From the NCBI GenBank assembly GCA_046045965.1, contig JBJOKS010000013.1:73490-137489 (forward strand): DNA of 64,000 nt, given 5' to 3'. This stretch comes from Cyanobacteriota bacterium (GTDB taxonomy: Bacteria; Cyanobacteriota; Cyanobacteriia; Cyanobacteriales; Nostocaceae). Shown here piece after piece: positions 55,169-64,000 of this stretch (its first letter is position 1; every line of letters starts with the position of its first letter). The translations under genes were made by a program, and so were the position numbers. The notes under the pieces were generated by a model, which had not been told where the DNA came from, did no database searches, and was given only the letters and a program-made list of their open reading frames with translations.

Positions 55169-57379
55169 TTACTGTTCATCTTTGTGCATCAGTGGACGTA
55201 AACCATTTAACCCCGCCGCTATAGCAGAACCATTATGTACTACTGTCGCTGCTAAGGGGTGCATTCCTACGGTTGCAGCTAGTCCTAATGCGGCTAAGTT
55301 GGGAATTACTGCTAAACTGATATTCTGTTTAATGACGCTTTTGGTTTCACGAGCGATCGCTATTGCATCCACAAAACTGGTTAAGTTATTATTCATTAAC
55401 ACAACATCGGCTGTTTCTCTGGCTATCTCTGAACCATCACCAAAGGATATAGCCGCATCAGCATAAGCTAAAGCAGCAGAATCATTTAACCCATCTCCTG
55501 TATATCCTACGGTTTTTCCTGCGGCTTTTAATTGCTGAATAATTTCTGCTTTGCTTTCGGGAAACGCTTCTGCATGAACATTATTTAATGGTATACCTAA
55601 TTCCTCAGCTACCATCATCGCTTTATCCTGACTATCTCCTGTTAACAAGTGAATTTCCATTCCGTATTCGGTTTGTAATTCTTGGATAATAGCTGGACTT
55701 TCAGGACGCAGGGGGTCAGTGTAAGAAATTACCCCAGCAAATTGACCATTAACTGCTACATATAATAAGGAATCATGAGCAGAAATTCTACAGTGTAGTC
55801 TGCGCTGGCATTTTCCAGGATGACAGCTATGTTCAGCATACAAACAAGTGAGGGAAATGCCGAATTTAGCTAATAGGCGATCGCTACCAACTAATACCTC
55901 ATTTCCATCTATTCCCGCAATTACACCTAAACCGATTTCATAACTCCACTTTCCACGGGGTAAAATTTCTACTCCCTGTTCCTGTGCATAACGCATCACT
56001 GCTTCTGCAACGGGATGGGTTAATCTTTGTTCTGCTGCTGTAGCTAATTCTAATAATCTGGCAGCAGATATCCGATTAATAACAGGTTCAACTTCCACTA
56101 TTTGAATATTCCCCTGAGTTAAAGTCCCAGTTTTATCAAAAACTAAAGTATCAACTTGTGCTAATTTTTCTAAAGCTCGACCGCTACGGATAAGTACACC
56201 ATGTCTAGTTGCATGAGTTAAAGCGGCTAAAAAGGTTGTGGGGAGAGAAACACGAATCCCGGTAACAAAATCTAAGGTTAAAATAGATGCGGCTCTGGCT
56301 GGGTTGCGAGTAGCAGCTAATACTAAACCTGCAAATAATAAAGAAGGAATTACAGCTTTATCAGCAATAGTAGAAGCATAGTTTTCCATGCGGGTATCGT
56401 GAACCGGTGCTTGTTGCACTAACTCAATACTTGCACCTGCACGAGTAGCATTTCCTACTTTCTCGGTTTTAATATAAATTTCCCCTTCCCTGACCAAAGT
56501 GGAAGCATATACAGTTTCGCCAATTTCTCGTAATACAGGCAGAGATTCACCTGTAAGCTTTTGCTGGTCAATTAAAGCTTTACCATGTAAGATTTGCCCA
56601 TCTACGGGTATTTGCTCACCTGGATAGACTATAACTGTATCATTTACTTGGACATCTGTAGCGGTGATTTGTTTTTTCTCGCCATCGGGTTGCAGTACCC
56701 ACGCATAACGTCCCAAAGAGTCGAGTAAGTCAGAAGCGTTTTGTTGAGATACTCGCGCTGTGCGATCGCGAATCATATCACCAATTTCATGCAGTGTCAT
56801 CACTAAAGCCGGAGTGAGTAAATTTCCTTGCGCTGCGGTGAGGGAAATGGCCATAAAATCTAGGCAATCTATATTTAATTTATGATTTACTGTTAAACTT
56901 TGATAAGCGCGTTTAGCTACAGGAAAAGCAGCCAAAGCGACAACGGAAGCAATTAAACTGGTAGGAATAGGAATTGTTAAACCCAGTATAGCTAAACCAG
57001 CAGCTAAAGCGGGTAATTTGATACCTGCATCTTCTTCTTCCTTTATAGTTGCAGTTGTAGGAGTATCCTGTATAACTGTAGCAACTTGAAGCGAGCGCAC
57101 CACATCCTGGAAAAAAGATTGATGATGATCCGCTTTCAGTTGATAATTAATAGCAATAGAAGCAGCATGACGATTAATACGAATAGCTGTCACCCGACTA
57201 TCAGCTTGTAAAATTCCTTCCAAACGCAAAGCATAATCTTTATTATCTGCTAACAAAGGAACACGAAACCTGATCCGGCCAGGAATGGAATGAACGACAT
57301 GATAAGTAATAGCAGTATTTATCTGCTGTATATCAGACTTTATCCGTCCGTCTCTTGCTGCTTGCACTGCTAAAACCAT
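55169..57379 (-). CDS. P1B-type ATPase, non-CPC (P1B-6/FezB-like)
   Basis: HSIPGRIRFR N-domain, TGES, LDFVTGIRVSLP in place of CPC, DKTGTLT, HP, GDGLND, HNGS; ATG 57379 with purine-rich RBS. Confidence 0.88.
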   Translation of the reverse strand: MVLAVQAARDGRIKSDIQQINTAITYHVVHSIPGRIRFRVPLLADNKDYALRLEGILQADSRVTAIRINRHAASIAINYQLKADHHQSFFQDVVRSLQVATVIQDTPTTATIKEEEDAGIKLPALAAGLAILGLTIPIPTSLIASVVALAAFPVAKRAYQSLTVNHKLNIDCLDFMAISLTAAQGNLLTPALVMTLHEIGDMIRDRTARVSQQNASDLLDSLGRYAWVLQPDGEKKQITATDVQVNDTVIVYPGEQIPVDGQILHGKALIDQQKLTGESLPVLREIGETVYASTLVREGEIYIKTEKVGNATRAGASIELVQQAPVHDTRMENYASTIADKAVIPSLLFAGLVLAATRNPARAASILTLDFVTGIRVSLPTTFLAALTHATRHGVLIRSGRALEKLAQVDTLVFDKTGTLTQGNIQIVEVEPVINRISAARLLELATAAEQRLTHPVAEAVMRYAQEQGVEILPRGKWSYEIGLGVIAGIDGNEVLVGSDRLLAKFGISLTCLYAEHSCHPGKCQRRLHCRISAHDSLLYVAVNGQFAGVISYTDPLRPESPAIIQELQTEYGMEIHLLTGDSQDKAMMVAEELGIPLNNVHAEAFPESKAEIIQQLKAAGKTVGYTGDGLNDSAALAYADAAISFGDGSEIARETADVVLMNNNLTSFVDAIAIARETKSVIKQNISLAVIPNLAALGLAATVGMHPLAATVVHNGSAIAAGLNGLRPLMHKDEQ

Positions 57380-57785
57380 ATTCTTCCCCCTGACTTCCAA
57401 AAAGGAGTTCAGCAGTTACAGAACTTACAGGAGTACCAAATTCTCTCTGACTCAGAGAAAGTAAAAAGTAATTAATCTGTGAATTTAAATTTTCCGTAGC
57501 AGTAAAAAAGCTGATAAAAAACCGAATTATCAAAACTCGGATAGAATGACCAGAGAATTTAGGATTGACTGTAAAACTTATCTTCTCAACTCCTGTCAAG
57601 TCTAAACTTGTGACTTCCTACAATTATTTTTATACAATACAACGTTTTAGGGATTTTAGCAAAACTTTGGCGTATAATTTCTCAGTTTTTTTAGTGATAT
57701 TTTGTATCATCTCAGATGAGAAAAATTGCAAAAATAAACATTGATTTACATAAATTATTAATCTAGTTCATAAAACTAAATTCTT

Positions 57786-57804
57786 ATTGAAAGTTATTCT
57801 CAAT
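57786..57804. promoter_or_regulatory. Fur-box-like 19-bp dyad
   Basis: ATTGAAAGT-T-ATTCTCAAT (7/9 symmetric) 65 bp upstream of feoA. Confidence 0.65.
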
Positions 57805-57869
57805 TTTAATGAGAAGTGCTAGTATTAACAGAAGATAAATTTTAACTAAATTTTGACCTGGAGTGAGCA

Positions 57870-58163
57870 ATGAGAAATAGCTATCTCGCTTCATTACAAC
57901 CACAGCAAATCGCTACTATTAGTCACTTAGCACCAGAAACCGGCTTCAACCAAAGATTGCAAGCATTAGGTTTTCGAGTTGGACAACAGGTAGTTATGCT
58001 GCGTAAAGCTTGGTTTTCTGGTCCTGTTCATGTTCGTGTTGGCATGACAGAAGTTATACTACGCCGCCAAGAAGCTCAAAAAATAGCAGTCACAAATATT
58101 ACGAATTTAATAGACTTTGATACACCACAAGTACCAAAAATTACCAGGCTAATAAACTCTTAA
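57870..58163 (+). CDS. feoA: Ferrous iron transport protein A
   Basis: RLQALGFRVG, GPVHVRVG..VILRRQEA; GGAG RBS. Confidence 0.92.
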   Translation: MRNSYLASLQPQQIATISHLAPETGFNQRLQALGFRVGQQVVMLRKAWFSGPVHVRVGMTEVILRRQEAQKIAVTNITNLIDFDTPQVPKITRLINS

Positions 58164-58271
58164 TAAACATAGGTGACAGAAAGGAGAAAAGAGGGAATAG
58201 TTGTGTCTCTTTCATTTGTTACAAGAGCGAGAAATGCGTCCGTTAGGCGCTCTTAATTTGCATATTTCTAT

Positions 58272-58295
58272 TGTGGGATGGGCATCTTGCCCGTC
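58272..58295 (+). repeat. REP-like palindrome TGTGGGATGGGCATCTTGCCCGTC
   Basis: Short hairpin between feoA and feoB. Confidence 0.6.
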
Positions 58296-58330
58296 ATGAA
58301 TATCACAATTAAATACAAGGTGAAACTACC

Positions 58331-60124
58331 ATGAAACAAGTAGCCGTTCTGGGAATGCCTAATACGGGCAAATCTACGTTTTTTAACCGCCTCACTGGTG
58401 CAACTGCAAGTATCGGCAACTGGCCAGGAATTACCGTAGATTTAATGATGGTGCAAGTTAAATTTGGTGAAGAAACCGTTGAAGTAATAGACTTACCAGG
58501 CATCTATGACTTACGTGGTTTTTCGGAAGATGAACAAGTAGTAAGAGACTTTTTAGAACATACTCCCATAAATTTACTTTTACTCATTCTTAATACTACC
58601 CAAATTGACCGCCAAATTAGCCTCGCATTGCAGGTTAAGCATTTGGGAGTACCTGCGGTACTGCTATTAAATATGTGCGATGAAGCACCTGAGTTTGGAG
58701 TGGAAGTAGAAGCAGAAAAAATGTCAGCACATTTGGGGATGCCAGTAATGCCAATTAGTGCTAAATATGGCAGTGGTTATGGGGAAGCTTATCAAACCAT
58801 TGAAAATAGCATCCAGCATCAAAATGAACCAGTTGTTATCGGTGAAATTGCAGGACATTTAATTGCTGATCATCAAATTGCCACAGAAATGGGTCATCTT
58901 TTGCAAGATGCAGTCCATACTCCTTCCCATGTCAAAGAAAATTTGACTACTCGCCTCGACCGCATTTTACTACATCCTGTGTGGGGATTACCAATCTTTT
59001 TTGCAGCGATGTATCTGATGTTTCAATTTATCTATGCTGTGGGTACACCATTGCAAGAATTGATGGGGTCAATTTTTGACGGGATACAAAATAGCGTTTT
59101 AGTTCCTGCTTTAGCCAATGCACCAGAGATTTTACGGGGATTTTTAATAGACGGTTTATACACAGGAGTCAGCACTGTAGCGGCTTTTATTCCTGTAATT
59201 ATCTTATTTTTCTTCGTCATGGCCATCATTGAAGATAGCGGTTATTTATCCCGTTCCGCTTTTTTGATGGATGCGTTAATGGCAAAATTGGGTTTAGATG
59301 GACGTTCCTTTGTCATGTCGCTGATGGGTTTTGGGTGTAACGTACCGGCGATTATGGGAACAAGAGTAATGCGATCGCCCGCTTTACGGATGCTATCAAT
59401 GTTAGTCATCCCTTTTTCTCTCTGTTCTGCAAGGCTTAACGTCTTTCTATTCATGACAACGGCTTTATTTTCACCCCGTCATGCACCTTTGGTTTTATTT
59501 AGTTTATATCTTCTCAGTTTTGTCGCCACCATTGTCACAGCTTTATTATTCAAACATCATTATCCCAACCAAGAACCCTTTGTTTTAGAACTACCTCCCT
59601 ATCGTTTCCCCACTCTCAAACAAATGTTAATTCGTGCTTGGTGTGAGGTGAAGAACTTTGTCAAATGGTCCCATAGATTTATTATCTTTGGTGTTGTAGC
59701 AATTTGGGCATTAAATAATTTTCCTCCTGGTGTTCCTGCTGCCAGTTCCCAAACATTATCAGGCATAATTGGACAATGGACTCAACCTATTTTAGCACCT
59801 TTAGGAATCAATCCCCAATTAGCAGTAGCACTAATTTTTGGTTTTATTGCTAAAGAGATTGTTTTAGGAGGGTTAGCAGTAATTTATGGTCAGAATGATG
59901 ATGGACAATTAGCAGGAATTATTGCCAATCAAATAGACTGGGTACAGGCTTATAGTTTTATGCTGTTCACTCTTTTATATGTACCTTGTTTATCAACCAT
60001 AGCCGTACTCAAAACGGAATCTAAGAGCATCAAATTTGCTACTATAGCCGTTGCTTGGTCTATCGCTTTAGCTTGGGTAGCAAGTTTTATCTTTTATCAA
60101 GGTGCAAGAATTTTGGGATTTTAA
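58331..60124 (+). CDS. feoB: Ferrous iron transporter FeoB
   Basis: GMPNTGKST, GNWPGIT, DLPG, EDSGY, GFGCNVP, CSARL, ELPPY, YVPC. Confidence 0.96.
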   Translation: MKQVAVLGMPNTGKSTFFNRLTGATASIGNWPGITVDLMMVQVKFGEETVEVIDLPGIYDLRGFSEDEQVVRDFLEHTPINLLLLILNTTQIDRQISLALQVKHLGVPAVLLLNMCDEAPEFGVEVEAEKMSAHLGMPVMPISAKYGSGYGEAYQTIENSIQHQNEPVVIGEIAGHLIADHQIATEMGHLLQDAVHTPSHVKENLTTRLDRILLHPVWGLPIFFAAMYLMFQFIYAVGTPLQELMGSIFDGIQNSVLVPALANAPEILRGFLIDGLYTGVSTVAAFIPVIILFFFVMAIIEDSGYLSRSAFLMDALMAKLGLDGRSFVMSLMGFGCNVPAIMGTRVMRSPALRMLSMLVIPFSLCSARLNVFLFMTTALFSPRHAPLVLFSLYLLSFVATIVTALLFKHHYPNQEPFVLELPPYRFPTLKQMLIRAWCEVKNFVKWSHRFIIFGVVAIWALNNFPPGVPAASSQTLSGIIGQWTQPILAPLGINPQLAVALIFGFIAKEIVLGGLAVIYGQNDDGQLAGIIANQIDWVQAYSFMLFTLLYVPCLSTIAVLKTESKSIKFATIAVAWSIALAWVASFIFYQGARILGF

Positions 60125-60280
60125 GGGAAGGTGACAGGTGACAGGAAGAAGAAGCAGGGGAGCAGGGGAGCGGAGGATAAATATGATCTTTTTTTGCCTT
60201 TTCTCAATTACCAATTACCAATTACCAATTACCTTAAAGAAATACTAAGAAATATCAAGAAATGGTAGTAAAAATTACGG

Positions 60281-60329
60281 ATTATAAAATTATTCTCAAG
60301 AAAGAGGCTTATTGAGAAAATAATCAGTT
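60281..60329. promoter_or_regulatory. Fur-box-like AT-rich sites
   Basis: AAATTATTCTCAAG and ATTGAGAAAATAATCAG share the ATTGAGAA/TTCTCAA half-site seen at feoA. Confidence 0.45.
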
Positions 60330-60375
60330 ATATTGAAATTACCGTGAATCTCTGACTTGGTGCAGCTATCAAAAA

Positions 60376-61458
60376 ATGACCACAACCATCAGTAGTACCA
60401 ACAATAGCTTGAAGTTAAGTCCCCAGTTGGAAGAACATCCCGATTTAACTTCTACCCAGAGTCAAAACCCTAGTCAAACAGTTGACGAGGTGCAATTGGA
60501 TCTACAATTACAAGTTGTTCATGCGATCGCTGGCAGGGTACGCATCCGTACTATTGATGGTAGTTGGAATTCACAGATTGAACATCTATCCCAAGAGTTA
60601 AAACAGCAAAGTTGGGTATTAAAGATTTCTGCTAATGAAAACACGGGAAGTTTGATTTTTACCTTTGATGAAAATCAATTACCATTATCACAGGTTTTGC
60701 AAGTATTAACAGAATTTGATGTTAAATATTCTCCATCTGCAACTAAACTCGATTTAGCTGAAATTAAATCTCCTGGGTTTTGGCAAAAACAATCTAATTC
60801 TATAATTCCTTTAATTGCTGGTTTACTCGTAACAAGAGGTTTAAAAGTTAGTGGCTTTCCAGCAATTTTAGTTTACATGATAGCCGCAGATGGAACTCGG
60901 TGGTTAATGGATTCTTTAGAACCGGGTTTGTTGACTGCTGTCATCGGGAAAACTGCCCAAAAATTAACCCAAACAGAAATACCATTACCGGGGTTAACAA
61001 AAGTGAATAAAAAATCTACTACCAAAACAACAACACCGGGAAAAATAGATGCTCAAATTGATTATAAAGTTGTACATCAAATTCCGGGGAGAATTCGTTT
61101 TCATCTGTCACAAATTGCCCAAGATTCAGCATACTGCAAAAGATTAGAAAAACTACTCAAAACTGATGCAGAAGTTAGCAATTTTCGGGTAAATATTCAA
61201 GCAGCATCAGTATTAATAAACTATCACCATCCAGAAACCAGTATCACCCATTGGGTAAACCTGATGGAATTAGCTTTATTAACAGAATTACCACCACCAG
61301 AAATAGTAACTCCCACCCCTGAACCTCCAACAGTGACAAATTTATTTGAGGACACAAATATAGATAATATTGATATAGATTTATCAAACTTGTGGACAGA
61401 TTTAAAACCCGCAATGATGTCTTATTCCTTAGCAGTAATGGCGAACTTTTCGTTATAA
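60376..61458 (+). CDS. Protein with two HMA2-like domains and a central hydrophobic hairpin
   Basis: HAIAGRVRIR and HQIPGRIRF motifs; no CxxC. Confidence 0.78.
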   Translation: MTTTISSTNNSLKLSPQLEEHPDLTSTQSQNPSQTVDEVQLDLQLQVVHAIAGRVRIRTIDGSWNSQIEHLSQELKQQSWVLKISANENTGSLIFTFDENQLPLSQVLQVLTEFDVKYSPSATKLDLAEIKSPGFWQKQSNSIIPLIAGLLVTRGLKVSGFPAILVYMIAADGTRWLMDSLEPGLLTAVIGKTAQKLTQTEIPLPGLTKVNKKSTTKTTTPGKIDAQIDYKVVHQIPGRIRFHLSQIAQDSAYCKRLEKLLKTDAEVSNFRVNIQAASVLINYHHPETSITHWVNLMELALLTELPPPEIVTPTPEPPTVTNLFEDTNIDNIDIDLSNLWTDLKPAMMSYSLAVMANFSL

Positions 61459-61472
61459 CAGTTTCACGCTTA

Positions 61473-61586
61473 ACACCAATTTTATATGAGGCTGCACAGA
61501 ATCATAAAATCCGCCTTTATCTGCGTTTATCTGCGGTCAATTATTCTTGATATCTTATTCTATGCAGCTTCTTAAGAATTTGGTAT
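61473..61586. mobile_element. MITE-like element with ~30-bp imperfect TIRs and TTTATCTGCG repeats
   Basis: ACACCAATTTTATATGAGGCTGCACAGAAT vs reverse complement of right end ATACCAAATTCTTAAGAAGCTGCATAGAAT; related CGCAGATAAA repeats at ~55132-55165. Confidence 0.65.
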
Positions 61587-61607
61587 AAAAGCATTGGAGG
61601 AAAAGGA

Positions 61608-63863
61608 ATGGCACAAACAACAGCTTCATTAGGATCAATTCCCCAGGAATTTCCTCTCAAAACTAAAAGTCAAGAAAATGGTAAAGTTGTCAAACTTCCT
61701 GTATTGATTAATAACAAAGATAGAAAATCTCAAATATCTCAAATAAGTTATAGCTTTGTTCATGCTATTCCGGGAAGGTTGCGGTTAAAAGTACCAAATT
61801 TACAGCATGATGAAAAATACAATCAAAGATTACAAACTTTACTCCAAGCAGAACCATTAATTACAAGTTTTCGCATTAATTCAGCCGCAGCATCTTTAAT
61901 TATCACTTATCAGATTAGCATCGTTTCTGAAAAGGAAATGCGCTGCTATTTAAATAATTTACTATTAGCTGCTAGTCAAATTATTTCCACTTCTCAACAT
62001 AGTCCAACTTCTCAACCCCAAGAAAAACCTAAATCTAGTTTATCAATGTCAGCAGTAGCTACAGGTTTAGCTGTCTTAGGAGGTAGTTTCGGTTTACCTA
62101 TTCCCCCAGTTTTCATAGTTGGAAGTATTGCTGTTGCTAGTTTACCAGTTTTCCAAAGAGCAGTTACAGGAATTGTCAAACAGCGTAAATTTACAATTGA
62201 CTTTTTAGACTTTTTAGCAATAGTCATTACCACGTCCCAGGGGAATTTTCTCGCACCTGCCCTGATGTTAAGTTTAATAGAAATTGGGGAAAATATCCGC
62301 GATCGCACTGCCCGATCTTCCCAACTACAAACATTAGACCTTCTCAGTTCTTTAGGACAATTTGTATGGGTTGAAAGAAACGGAGAAAAGCTAGAAATTG
62401 CTATTCAAGAAATCCAAAAAGGTGATATTGTTATTGTCTATCCTGGTGAACAAGTCCCCGTTGATGGCAAAATCATTAAAGGTAAAGCCTTACTCGATGA
62501 ACAAAAACTCACAGGTGAGTCAATACCCATCTGCAAAACTAAAGGACAACCGGTATTTGCTTCTACCCTAGTACGGGAAGGCAGAATTTATATTGTCGTC
62601 GAAAGAACAGGTAATGATACCCGTGCGAGACAAAGTATCAAATTAATGCAAGAAGCACCAGTCCATGATACCCGCATGGAAAACTATGCAACGACAATTG
62701 CCGAAAAAGCTGTATTGCCAACTTTGCTACTAGGAATCACAGTATTTACCCTCACACGCAACGCCGCCAGAGCCGCCAGCATCCTGACTTTAGATTTAGC
62801 CACAGGAATTAGAGTATCAATTCCTACGGCAGTTTTAGCGGCTCTTAGTTATGCAGCTAAACATGGTGTACTTATTCGCAGTGGTAGAGCCTTAGAACAA
62901 CTAGCACAGGTTGATACAATAGTCTTTGATAAAACCGGCACACTGACAAAAGGCGAAGCAGAAGTTATTGGTGTCGAGAGTTTCCATCCCGATGTTTCTC
63001 CGTTGCGAGTTTTAGCCTTAGCAGCAGCCGCTGAACAAAGATTAACTCATCCGGTAGCAGAAGCGGTAATACGCTACGCGGAAAACCAAGGTGTAGAAAT
63101 TCCTAACCGCAGTAAGTGGAACTACCAACTTGGTTTAGGTGTAGAAGCCATAATTGATAGTGAAACAGTCTATGTGGGTAGTCAACGTTTTCTACATCAA
63201 CAAAACGTAGATATGTCAACCTTACCAGCATCAACTCAGGAGGTAGAATCAACAATTTATGTTGCCAGTAATGGACAATTACAAGGTAAAATCAAGTATA
63301 GAGATGTATTGCGAGCAGAAAGCCAGGAAGTAATTAATCAATTGCTCACGGTGTCAGAAATAGACGTGCATATTCTCACCGGTGACAACAAGCGAACTGC
63401 TAGGATAGTGGCTGCTGAACTGGGAATTTCGCCATCACATACCCATGCAGAAGCCTTTCCCGCCCAAAAAGCCGCTATTGTTCAGCAACTACACGACACA
63501 GGAAAAACAGTTGCGTTTGTAGGAGATGGGATCAATGATTCACCTGCTTTAGCTTATGCTGATGTATCCATATCCTTTGGCAATGGTGCGGATATTGCTA
63601 GAGAAACAGCAGATGTGGTATTAATGCAGAATGATTTGTATGGTTTGTTAACAGCAATAGAAATTGCCCATCAGACGAAACAACTAATTCAGCAAAATAC
63701 AGCTATTGTGGCTATTCCTAACTTAGCAGCATTAGCGATCGCTGTCTGCTTTGGACTTAACCCCCTAGCCGCAACCATAGTTAACAACGGTTCTACAGTC
63801 ATAGCCGGAGTTAACGGTTTACGTCCCATCTTGAAAATGAAGGGAGCAGGGGGAAAGAGATAA
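61608..63863 (+). CDS. Second P1B-type ATPase, non-CPC (P1B-6/FezB-like)
   Basis: HAIPGRLRLK, TGES, LDLATGIRVSIP, DKTGTLT, HP, GDGIND, NNGS; GGAGG RBS. Confidence 0.88.
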   Translation: MAQTTASLGSIPQEFPLKTKSQENGKVVKLPVLINNKDRKSQISQISYSFVHAIPGRLRLKVPNLQHDEKYNQRLQTLLQAEPLITSFRINSAAASLIITYQISIVSEKEMRCYLNNLLLAASQIISTSQHSPTSQPQEKPKSSLSMSAVATGLAVLGGSFGLPIPPVFIVGSIAVASLPVFQRAVTGIVKQRKFTIDFLDFLAIVITTSQGNFLAPALMLSLIEIGENIRDRTARSSQLQTLDLLSSLGQFVWVERNGEKLEIAIQEIQKGDIVIVYPGEQVPVDGKIIKGKALLDEQKLTGESIPICKTKGQPVFASTLVREGRIYIVVERTGNDTRARQSIKLMQEAPVHDTRMENYATTIAEKAVLPTLLLGITVFTLTRNAARAASILTLDLATGIRVSIPTAVLAALSYAAKHGVLIRSGRALEQLAQVDTIVFDKTGTLTKGEAEVIGVESFHPDVSPLRVLALAAAAEQRLTHPVAEAVIRYAENQGVEIPNRSKWNYQLGLGVEAIIDSETVYVGSQRFLHQQNVDMSTLPASTQEVESTIYVASNGQLQGKIKYRDVLRAESQEVINQLLTVSEIDVHILTGDNKRTARIVAAELGISPSHTHAEAFPAQKAAIVQQLHDTGKTVAFVGDGINDSPALAYADVSISFGNGADIARETADVVLMQNDLYGLLTAIEIAHQTKQLIQQNTAIVAIPNLAALAIAVCFGLNPLAATIVNNGSTVIAGVNGLRPILKMKGAGGKR

Positions 63864-63928
63864 AAACGGCTTGCTGCCTTCGTTAAACAAATATTTTCAA
63901 CTATTTTCAACTGGAGAGTAATAAAAAT

Positions 63929-64000
63929 ATGCCTAAAATTACAGACTTAATGGAACACGCTGGTAGACCTCGAATTCTCGTTGGTATTGGTGCAGTATTA
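63929..64000 (+). CDS. DUF5132-like protein, 3'-truncated by window edge
   Basis: MPKITDLMEHAGRPRILVGIGAVL aligns with MAKITDFVEDAGAPGIIAGIGAVL at 17575; GGAG RBS. Confidence 0.75.
   Translation, partial: MPKITDLMEHAGRPRILVGIGAVL

Noticed and set aside
57333..57599. 88-aa ORF upstream of the first ATPase
   Set aside because: TTG start, overlaps the ATPase start in another frame, no motif; probably promoter/UTR sequence
58331..60124. FeoB as a truncated pseudogene (597 aa)
   Set aside because: GTPase motifs, both gate regions and the final TM are present; short FeoB forms are common

Overview
The window is chromosomal DNA from a heterocyst-forming (Nostocales-type) cyanobacterium. The evidence is roughly 30 HIP1 GCGATCGC sites by eye, many heptamer STRR arrays, an rnpB carrying STRRs, and TTTTCCACA-type DnaA boxes. 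It spans the replication origin region (dnaA ... oriC-dnaN) and many housekeeping genes: fabG, groEL2 with CIRCE, corA, rnpB, rnc, der, tRNA-Val(GAC), dhaKL, def, a HtrA protease, an AphC-like photoreceptor kinase, frameshifted prfB, ybeY, dgkA, trpG/pabA, pepP and ftsH2. Main candidates for new biology: (1) a ferrosome(fez)-like iron locus at 55.2-64 kb, with two divergent non-CPC P1B ATPases, feoAB, HMA2-like and small GxxxG membrane proteins and Fur-box-like sites, plus a satellite gene pair at 16.6-17.6 kb. (2) A KAP NTPase-GUN4 fusion plus an Rpn-like nuclease wedged between dnaA and oriC. A doubly deleted second copy on the other side of dnaA keeps only a small C-terminal ORF with its own RBS, resembling an orphan RpnS-like antitoxin. 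(3) An orphan CadR/PbrR-type MerR operator beside an IS200/IS605 (TnpB) right-end remnant. All calls come from reading motifs by eye; no database searches were run.
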